Notes under the pieces: model-generated
The model's input: the letters and a program-made list of their open reading frames with translations, nothing else
Told to the model about the DNA's origin: nothing
Databases searched by the model: none
NCBI GenBank assembly: GCA_041946805.1
Contig: JBHGBC010000024.1
Location: 1-51,835, forward strand
Source: a bacterium
GTDB lineage: Bacteria > Hinthialibacterota > Hinthialibacteria > Hinthialibacterales > Hinthialibacteraceae
DNA length: 51,835 bases
Direction of reading: 5' to 3'
Part shown: piece by piece, positions 44,770-51,835 of the stretch
Position numbering within the stretch: position 1 is the first letter of the stretch
Layout of the letters: every line of letters begins with the position of its first letter
Position numbers and translations under genes: made by a program

Positions 44770-47229
44770 ATGAAAATCAGCGTGCGTTTGGCCATCTTCC
44801 TAGCGGCTCTGTTGTGGTATTTCCCCGAATCCGGTTTCGCGGAGCCCAAGGCCGAATACGGCAAAATCGAGATCCTGCGCGATCCCTGGGGCGTGCCGCA
44901 TGTCTTTGCCGAAACGGACGAAGGCGCGTTTTTTGGCCTGGGATACGCGTGCGCCGAAGACCGCGCGTTCCAAATGTATTATGGTCTGCGCATCGTACAA
45001 GGCCGCGTGTCTGAAATTCTGGGAGACCGCCCGCTCTCTGGACGCCGGGGCCAGACCACTGTCGACCTGGACAAGATGTACCGTATCCAAGGCTTTTACC
45101 GGGCCGCGCAACGGCTCTTTCCCAACCTCGACGCAGAAATCCGCGCGTTGTTGACGGCGTACAGCGAGGGTGTCAACGAATTCATCCAGACCCACCGCGC
45201 GCAACTCTTGTATCTCTTCGGCGAACTCGGACTCGAACCCGAGCCGTGGACTCCCGCCGATTGCATCGCCTCCTGGTGGCGTCTGGGCCATTTCTTCGCG
45301 GGAGACGGCCTCAACGAGGCGGTCCGCTATCATGAGTTGAAAGGAGACACGCAACCTCCCGCCCGGGAAACCGCCCGCCCGGCCCGAGAACCGGACCGTC
45401 CCGCCGCCCGGGGGGAGGAATCGCCCCGCGATGCCGCCAGCCGGCGTCCCGCCCGGGAAATGCGGATCCGGCCGGATGACGCCGCCGCCGTGGTCCAACC
45501 CGGGGATGTCAGTGAGGCATGGATTCAACAAGTGCAAGATTTTGCCCAGCAACATGGCATCCCGGCCGCAAGCCCGGGCAGCCTGGACGGGCCGAAATTC
45601 AGCCATGCCTGGGTCGTGGGGAAGGGCAAGACCACGACGAAATCCGCCGTGCTTTGCAGCGATCCCCAAACCCCGGTGCGCAATCCTTCTCTGTTTTATG
45701 AATTCCATATCGCCGGGAAAACCTTCAACGCCCGGGGCATTGGCGTGCCGGGCAGCCCCGTGATCCTGATCGGCTGGAACGAACAGGTGGCCTGGGGCGT
45801 GACGGCGCTCGGCGCGGACCAGGCCGACCTGTTCCTGCTTCAGACCGATCCCGGCCACCCGAATCAATACCGTTTCGACGGCGAATGGCGGGAGATAAAG
45901 GTCCGGACGGAAACGATTCGGGTCAAAGGAAAAGATCCTGTCCCCCTGGAATTGAAAGAATCGCATTGGGGGCCGATTGTGACGCCCCTCGCCGCCGGGC
46001 TGCTACCCGGCGAGGAAGCCGCGCTCAAACGGATCCCCATGTGCGAAACCGATCGCGAGACCGTCCAGGGTTCCCTGGCCATGATGCGCGCGCAGGATTC
46101 CGAGCAGTTCACCCAGGCCCTGAGCGGATGGCGTTTCCCGAGCGCGAATCTCGTTTTCGGCGATTCGGGCGGTCAAATCGGTTTCTGGACCCTGGGCGCG
46201 ATTCCTGTCCGTTCCCGTCTGGCGCTCGACGCGGGCAACGCCGCCCATCCGGGGATGGAATCCCAGTACGATTGGCCGGGTATAATTCCTTCCGATCTCA
46301 TGCCACATGTCATCGATCCCCGGGCCGGAGTCTTGTTCAGCGCGAACCATCGTCCGATTGCCTCGTTTTATCCGCTTTCGATCGGAATCAGCACCGGCTC
46401 GCTGGGCGATACGGTCCGTTCCTGGCGTCTGCGGCAACTCCTGACGTCAAAGGAAACCTTCACTCCCGATGAAGTCCTCCAGGTTCACTTCGATACCGTC
46501 AACGCGGCGAAAAAAGCCCTTTTGAAAGCCGGGTATCACCTGCGCGATGAAGTCAAATCCCCATTGCCCGATCCCGCCGTCAAAACGCTGGAATACTTGG
46601 AAGAGTGGTTCCAGGCGGGGGCGAAATCCGATCATGCGATCCGAGGGACTGAGTTGGTGGATCTGCTCAATCTCATGTTCCGCGCCGGAAACACCGAGTT
46701 GGCCATGGAGTACGGCGGGGGCGAATCGGGCTTATGCCGTTTCCTGAAGTCGGTGGAGACGCGGCTGGGTGAAAATCCTCCGGCAAAACTTTCCGATCAA
46801 GAAAGTGAGTATATCGGCCGGGTGTTGGCTGCCGCCTGGGATGCCGCGGTGAACCGGTACGGTGAGGATCCCGGCGAATGGCCCGCGAAGGCCCGCCAGG
46901 AACTGCGCGAGCGGAAAATCGGTTACATGGACAGCCTGGATGGTCTCGGCCCGCTGGATGAGCAGCATGATCTGGCGTTCCCTGGACTCGCATGCGTGGA
47001 TGGAGGAACGATATTCTCCCAGGCGGCGCAATCCTATTCGCAATGGGTTCCCTTGCATGAGGTCGATTCCGCCCGGTCGTTGCTGCCCATCGGCAATTCC
47101 GAGCATCCCGGCAGCCCTTACCGGCTGTGCACGTATGAACTCTGGGCGAAAGGCGAACTCCACCCCGCGCCCCTGACCCGCGCGGCCGTCGAAAAGCATG
47201 TGGTGGAAACCAGGGTTTTGTCGAAATAA
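44770..47229 (+). CDS. Penicillin acylase family Ntn-hydrolase, secreted
   Basis: IEILRDPWGVPHVFA, FGLGYACAEDRAFQM, beta-chain start SHAWVV at 45601, IGWNEQVAWGVT. Confidence 0.88.
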   Translation: MKISVRLAIFLAALLWYFPESGFAEPKAEYGKIEILRDPWGVPHVFAETDEGAFFGLGYACAEDRAFQMYYGLRIVQGRVSEILGDRPLSGRRGQTTVDLDKMYRIQGFYRAAQRLFPNLDAEIRALLTAYSEGVNEFIQTHRAQLLYLFGELGLEPEPWTPADCIASWWRLGHFFAGDGLNEAVRYHELKGDTQPPARETARPAREPDRPAARGEESPRDAASRRPAREMRIRPDDAAAVVQPGDVSEAWIQQVQDFAQQHGIPAASPGSLDGPKFSHAWVVGKGKTTTKSAVLCSDPQTPVRNPSLFYEFHIAGKTFNARGIGVPGSPVILIGWNEQVAWGVTALGADQADLFLLQTDPGHPNQYRFDGEWREIKVRTETIRVKGKDPVPLELKESHWGPIVTPLAAGLLPGEEAALKRIPMCETDRETVQGSLAMMRAQDSEQFTQALSGWRFPSANLVFGDSGGQIGFWTLGAIPVRSRLALDAGNAAHPGMESQYDWPGIIPSDLMPHVIDPRAGVLFSANHRPIASFYPLSIGISTGSLGDTVRSWRLRQLLTSKETFTPDEVLQVHFDTVNAAKKALLKAGYHLRDEVKSPLPDPAVKTLEYLEEWFQAGAKSDHAIRGTELVDLLNLMFRAGNTELAMEYGGGESGLCRFLKSVETRLGENPPAKLSDQESEYIGRVLAAAWDAAVNRYGEDPGEWPAKARQELRERKIGYMDSLDGLGPLDEQHDLAFPGLACVDGGTIFSQAAQSYSQWVPLHEVDSARSLLPIGNSEHPGSPYRLCTYELWAKGELHPAPLTRAAVEKHVVETRVLSK

Positions 47230-47268
47230 ACAACCCACGGGGCCGTTCTCGGGTGTCCACCCAACCAG

Positions 47269-47301
47269 GCAGGATGGGTTACACGCAGCGCGTTATCCAT
47301 C
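47269..47301 (+). repeat. REP-like hairpin (same family as 15440-15473)
   Basis: GCAGGATGGGTTACACGCAGCGCGTTATCCATC. Confidence 0.55.
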
Positions 47302-47564
47302 AGCCGCATCTGCCGGGTTGCGTGGAGTTAAAACACCGGGTAGGAATGGATGCAGGGTGGGCTCAAAGCGCGGCATAGTACAGCAACTCAGTCTCCCTCC
47401 TTCATTTTCCCCTCCCCCGGCCCTCCTATTCCGGATCCCTATCGCTTCCCTTTATTTCTCCTGGATTTAGTAGGAAGATTCTTCCATCCATTCCGGTATA
47501 TCCCTTTCACAACCGGACGGAAGCCGGATCGTTTATTTCATCCCCATTCTGGAGAACGAAAAGC

Positions 47565-48695
47565 ATGATACGCCGATCTTTTCCTTTGTATCTTTGTGTG
47601 ACAGCCCTGGTCTTGACGGCCGGCCTGGGCGGTTGCGCCCGCGTCCAGACCCGGGCGGCGCAGGACGCCGTGCAGGCCGAATGGCTGATCGTGGATCATT
47701 TCCTGCTCCTGGCGGATGCCTCCATCTCCCTGGTTCCCAGCGGCAAATTGAAGCAGGAGATGGAAATGCTGCGGCTTTTCACGTCCACCATGCCGGATGG
47801 GCAGTACGATGCCGGATTCCTGGCGTTCAACACCCGGTCGGTGGTGATGAATCGCCTTGGTGTGTTCAGCCGCGGTTCCATGAGGTCTTGCGTCTCCAAA
47901 CTGGATAAGATTTCCGGCGACACCCGCTTGGAACTGACTTTGGCCGAGGCCCAAAAAGAGTTGCAAGGACTGACTGGCAACATCGCCCTGTTGATCGTCT
48001 CCGACGGACTCGATATGAACCAGAAGGCGGTGCTCCAGGCCCTCTCCGATCTTGTCAATGAGCACCCGGACCGCGTCTGTGTCCATACCGTCCAGGTGGG
48101 GAACGACGAGGCGGGGATGAACTTCCTGCGCCGCCTCAGCCAAACCACTGATTGCGGAGTGTTCCACTCCGCCCATGTCCTGCAGACCACCGGGGCCATG
48201 CGCGCGTTTGCCCGCCGGATCTTCACCGGTTCGGAAGAGGCGGTCCTTCCCGCCGGGCAGTCCGAAGGTCTCCAGGGCGATTCCGACGGCGACGGCGTCT
48301 CCGACGCGCAGGACGAATGTCCCGGCACCCCCAAGGGCGCGAAGGTGGATGAGCGGGGATGCTGGGTGATCTCCAACGTCCTCTTCGATTATGACCGTTT
48401 CGAACTGAAACCCGATTTCGCGCCGGTGCTGGATGAAGTCGTGCAGGTGCTGCAGAACAATCCGGACGTCCGGATACTCCTCGAGGGACACGCCGATTCC
48501 CGGGGATCGCAGCCGTACAATCAACGCCTCTCCGAGCGCCGCGCCATGGCGGTGATGGGATACCTCATCGACAAGGGCATCGACCGTGGACGGCTCAGCG
48601 CGCGCGGCTGGGGCGAGACGCGGCCCATCGCGCCCAACACCACCGAGGAGAACATGCAGAAGAACCGCCGCGTGGAACTGACACCGATGCGGTAA
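47565..48695 (+). CDS. Lipoprotein: vWA domain + TSP3-like Ca motif + OmpA C-terminal peptidoglycan-binding domain
   Basis: LGGC lipobox; DASIS MIDAS, IVSDG; DSDGDGVSDAQDECPGTP; EGHADSRG, NQRLSERRA, NRRVE. Confidence 0.9.
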   Translation: MIRRSFPLYLCVTALVLTAGLGGCARVQTRAAQDAVQAEWLIVDHFLLLADASISLVPSGKLKQEMEMLRLFTSTMPDGQYDAGFLAFNTRSVVMNRLGVFSRGSMRSCVSKLDKISGDTRLELTLAEAQKELQGLTGNIALLIVSDGLDMNQKAVLQALSDLVNEHPDRVCVHTVQVGNDEAGMNFLRRLSQTTDCGVFHSAHVLQTTGAMRAFARRIFTGSEEAVLPAGQSEGLQGDSDGDGVSDAQDECPGTPKGAKVDERGCWVISNVLFDYDRFELKPDFAPVLDEVVQVLQNNPDVRILLEGHADSRGSQPYNQRLSERRAMAVMGYLIDKGIDRGRLSARGWGETRPIAPNTTEENMQKNRRVELTPMR

Positions 48696-48753
48696 GCCAC
48701 CAGATCCGCCGCTTCGGCCGGCCGGTCTTGTTGCACGTGTGGAAGAAACTAAC

Positions 48754-48783
48754 CGCCCCCCCGGTGAAATCCGCCGGGGGGGC
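48754..48783 (+). terminator. Hairpin after OmpA gene
   Basis: GCCCCCCCGG / CCGGGGGGGC stem followed by ATACTTTT. Confidence 0.55.
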
Positions 48784-49051
48784 ATACTTTTCCGGTTCTC
48801 AATAAAACGCGCAACAAAGGCCTGAATTATCATCCGGGAAAAACGCTGCCTGCTCCCTCCCCTATCGAATCCCCGAAGGGGATCCATTTAAGTAGACGTA
48901 GGTTTCAACCTACGGAATGGATTACGCAATCATCCAGTTTCTGCACACCAAAACAATCTGTATTTTCTTGACAATCTCCTCTCTCTATGACTTCATCATT
49001 TCAAGGACGGTGTTTCCCCATTCCATTGGAAATCATGGAGATTGTACCACG

Positions 49052-50101
49052 ATGGAAAATATCAGATACAGCTGCGGTATTGGCCTTCTCTTGATCATCC
49101 TGCTTCTGCCCGTTTCAGGCGCGGAGCCGCCGGCGCGGTCCGAGGAGGATCTCATCAAAAGCCTGCCACCATACATCACCCGTCTCACTCAGTTCGGCGA
49201 ACGCGCAGACTGGCCGCACGACGGCCGGCGCATTCTGTTCCTCGAAAAGACCTTTGGGGACGTCTTTGAGATCGATCTTCAAACCCGCGTCATCCGGCCG
49301 GTCACCCATCATTATTATCACGAAGGCTACACTCGCGCGTTGTACCTGGCCAACGGAGATATCCTATTGTCCGGGGCTAGAACCTTCGACGCGCAAAATC
49401 CCTTGCCCAGCCGCCATTCGCTGGCCGAGCTCTGGGTGCTGGACCGCTCCCTGACTCAACCGCCCGTGCCCCTGGGAGAAAAATGCTCCGAAGGCCCCGC
49501 CGTGTCCCGCAAAAACCTGCGTATCGCTTGGACCATTGACCACGAGGATTACCCGGACCGCCTCGTGGAAGGCCAGTCGCAAATCTGGATGGCGGACCTG
49601 GAATACCGGGAGGGAAAACCGGTGCTGGTCAACAATAAGCTCGTGCTAGACAGTACGAAGCTCCCTTTCAAGACTGGACTTGAAACCCAAAACTTCAGAC
49701 CGCCCCTGGAGAAGGAACTCATCTTCAGCGCCTATGGCTACCAAGGAACCGAAGTGATGGGAGTCAATTTCGAGACAGGGGAGATCATCAATTATTCCCA
49801 AGCCCCCGGGCAGTATGACGAACCGGAGGGGATCTTTCCCGATGGCGCTCATACTCTGGTGGAATGCGACAAGCATAACCGTAAAGGATCCCAGTACATC
49901 GACATCTACAAGCTGCGCCTGGATGGCAGCGGCGAGACCGAAAGGCTGACCTTCTTCAACGATTCCGGAATTTACAAGTCCTCCAATCCCGTGGTGAGCG
50001 AAGATGGGCGTTTCATGGCCTTCCAAATGGCCCGGGTGGAAGATATGGCAGGCGTCGGCCGGGGGATTTTCATTTACGATTTCGAGAAGGCGAAGAGGTG
50101 A
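49052..50101 (+). CDS. Secreted TolB-like beta-propeller protein
   Basis: Signal peptide; RLTQFGERADWPHDGRRILF, EPEGIFPDG, SNPVVSEDGRFMAFQ repeats. Confidence 0.75.
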   Translation: MENIRYSCGIGLLLIILLLPVSGAEPPARSEEDLIKSLPPYITRLTQFGERADWPHDGRRILFLEKTFGDVFEIDLQTRVIRPVTHHYYHEGYTRALYLANGDILLSGARTFDAQNPLPSRHSLAELWVLDRSLTQPPVPLGEKCSEGPAVSRKNLRIAWTIDHEDYPDRLVEGQSQIWMADLEYREGKPVLVNNKLVLDSTKLPFKTGLETQNFRPPLEKELIFSAYGYQGTEVMGVNFETGEIINYSQAPGQYDEPEGIFPDGAHTLVECDKHNRKGSQYIDIYKLRLDGSGETERLTFFNDSGIYKSSNPVVSEDGRFMAFQMARVEDMAGVGRGIFIYDFEKAKR

Positions 50102-50171
50102 GATAAATCGAGAATTTCTGACGGAGCGGCAAAAAGCGAAAATAATACAGAGATGTTCCATGAATTGTGGT

Positions 50172-50225
50172 GCAGACAAGATGTCTGCATCACCAGATTT
50201 TGGGCAGACAAGATGTCTGCATCAC
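50172..50225 (+). repeat. 22-bp direct repeat of a hairpin
   Basis: GCAGACAAGATGTCTGCATCAC at 50172-50193 and 50204-50225. Confidence 0.75.
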
Positions 50226-50262
50226 AAGAAAGTGTCTTTTTGCCGATCCGTTTTATAAGGAT

Positions 50263-50289
50263 GTCATCCCCGCGATTGCGGGAATCCAG
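50263..50289 (+). repeat. GTCATCCCCGCG-type REP
   Basis: GTCATCCCCGCGATTGCGGGAATCCAG; relatives at 15678-15696, 24034-24060 and 44530-44554. Confidence 0.65.
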
Positions 50290-50388
50290 GGCAGGGGCTG
50301 CCGGTGGACCGCCCTGATCCGAAGTCATCGGTCTTCTACCTCGGGAAAAGGATCCGGGTGATTGAAAAACCAATCCCATTAACTTATT

Positions 50389-51417
50389 TCATGTCATGCC
50401 TTTGCGCGGATCGAACCGCGAAGCTTGGGCCAATTTTTGATACAACGCTTTCTCTTCGGCCGTAAGGGTATTCGGGACCACGATTTGGAGCCGTAAATAC
50501 TGATCGCCCCGCTTGCCTCCCTTCATCGGCAAGCCCTTGCCTTTTAGCCGCAGGCGTTTGTCTGAATTGGATCCCGCTGGAACCTGGATTGTCACCCGGC
50601 CATCCAGGGTGGGGGCTTGCACGCTGGCGCCCAAGGCCGCTTCCCAGGGGGTGATGGGCAGCTCCGCCTCGATGTCGAAATCCTCCACGCGGAAGACGGG
50701 ATGCTTCGCCAGCCGGATCTTGATGTACAAATCCCCACTCGGTCCCCCATACGCGCCTTTCCCGCCTTGCCCCCGCAACCGGATGCGCGTCCCCTCCCGA
50801 GTGCCGGCCGGGATTTTCACATCAAGCTGTTTGCGCTTGGAGATCAACCGTCCATGCTCATCCGCTTCCTGAACATGCAAGTCAAAACTCTTTTGCGTGC
50901 CGTGATAAGCGTCTTCGAGGGTAATTTCCAGTTCCGCCTCCGCGTCCTGACCCGCGGAGGCCGTCTGGGATTGATTGAATGGGAAGGAATGGGAACGGGT
51001 GCGGGATCGTGGGCCAGGGTGCGATTCGAAAAGATTCTCGAAACCGCCGCCACCGAACAAGGTTTCGAAGAAATCGCTAAAACCGCTTCCACCGCTGAAG
51101 GAATGGAACTCAAAACTCCGCGGGCCATCGCCCCGGCCAAAATGAAACGGCGCGTTTTCCCATCCCGGCGGCGGCGTAAAATCTTGGCCCGTATGCCAAT
51201 TCGAGCCCAGCATGTCGTAGCGCTTGCGTTTTTCGGGATCGCTCAGCACTTCGTGGGCTTCGTTGATCTCCTTGAAACGGTTTTCCGCCTCCGGATCCTT
51301 GTTCATATCCGGATGGTACTTGCGCGCCAACTTCCGGTAGGCTTTTTTGATTTCCTCTTCGGAAGCGTCGCGCTTCACACCCAGAATTTCGTAATAATCC
51401 TTGTATTTGACCGGCAT
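50389..51417 (-). CDS. cbpA: Class II DnaJ / curved DNA-binding protein CbpA
   Basis: J-domain with HPD, G/F-rich region, no Zn finger, DnaJ C-terminal domain with ITPWEAALG. Confidence 0.85.
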   Translation of the reverse strand: MPVKYKDYYEILGVKRDASEEEIKKAYRKLARKYHPDMNKDPEAENRFKEINEAHEVLSDPEKRKRYDMLGSNWHTGQDFTPPPGWENAPFHFGRGDGPRSFEFHSFSGGSGFSDFFETLFGGGGFENLFESHPGPRSRTRSHSFPFNQSQTASAGQDAEAELEITLEDAYHGTQKSFDLHVQEADEHGRLISKRKQLDVKIPAGTREGTRIRLRGQGGKGAYGGPSGDLYIKIRLAKHPVFRVEDFDIEAELPITPWEAALGASVQAPTLDGRVTIQVPAGSNSDKRLRLKGKGLPMKGGKRGDQYLRLQIVVPNTLTAEEKALYQKLAQASRFDPRKGMT

Positions 51418-51665
51418 GGTTTTTGTTTAATCCTCATCCGGATCCGAGAATCAAATCCATAAGTGCTCTAACGTCCATATTGTAGATCCAGAAGATTTCT
51501 TGATCCATTCAATCCGGCGTGGCAATAGATATATCAAAGCAGGTACACCAGGATAAATTTCTTAACTAATTCATCTTAAATAATTTAGGCAAATTATCCT
51601 AGAATTGAATCTATGGATAGGAGTGCGCGATTTTGGCACAGTTGATCACGTGCAGTCAAATATTT

Positions 51666-51835
51666 GGTTCATCCGACAAGTGCGTACCGGATGGGGAAAA
51701 TCGTATTTCAATATCCTGACTCTGAACCGAAGGAAAATAATTACCTTCCCCCTCAGCGTTTAGGAACCCGCCGAGGGGATCGGCGCCGAGGAAAGGCTTT
51801 CCCTCACCCTGGCCCTCTCCCAGAGGGAGAGGGGA
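51666..51835 (+). mobile_element. Left part of MITE-like element (truncated by window end)
   Basis: GGTTCATCCGACAAGTGCGTACC at 51666 and REP core CCCTCACCCTGGCCCTCTCCCAGAGGGAGAGGGG at 51801. Confidence 0.7.

Noticed and set aside
50172..50225. CRISPR array
   Set aside because: Only two 22-bp copies with a 10-bp gap and no cas genes; REP-like
51420..51660. CIRCE or sigma54 site upstream of cbpA
   Set aside because: No TTAGCACTC-N9-GAGTGCTAA; TGGCAC lacks a correctly spaced TTGC (same at ~675)

Overview
A 51.8-kb GC-rich bacterial chromosomal segment. It begins and ends inside copies of the same repeat element, so it is probably a whole contig broken at repeats. Pro/Thr-linker surface proteins with dockerin-like ends, Tat-exported sugar enzymes and short '[TS]-x-[VI]-x-[DE]-[WF]-x-[LI]-[FY]' C-termini suggest a poorly characterised diderm lineage, possibly Hinthialibacterota/OLB16-like; this is inference only. 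Contents: three adjacent surface-protein genes with cohesin/dockerin-like modules (0.8-4.2 kb); an amide/acyl-transfer cluster (fused double alpha/beta-hydrolase, WbuX-like PP-loop amidotransferase, class-III aminotransferase, ACP, AMP-ligase, AsnB; 4.3-13.7 kb); transporters; AsmA; Tat-exported sugar enzymes; a ScyD/E-like propeller; a bactofilin-CBM48 fusion; tRNA-Gly(GCC); BlaI/BlaR1 with an unusual repeat sensor; rsmD; a hybrid kinase; hicBA; an orphan MNT antitoxin; lemA; a penicillin-acylase-family protein; vWA-OmpA; and cbpA. Intergenic DNA is dense in several REP-like hairpin families and in a ~210-255 bp MITE-like element with terminal inverted repeats, one copy flanked by a direct repeat. 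Best novelty candidates: the bactofilin-glycogen-binding fusion, an unannotated promoter + extended SD + 20-aa ORF + structured RNA unit at 29.6-29.95 kb, a shared short C-terminal motif on secreted proteins, the REP-carrying MITE family, and the amide-forming cluster. All family assignments come from motif recognition by eye; no searches were run.
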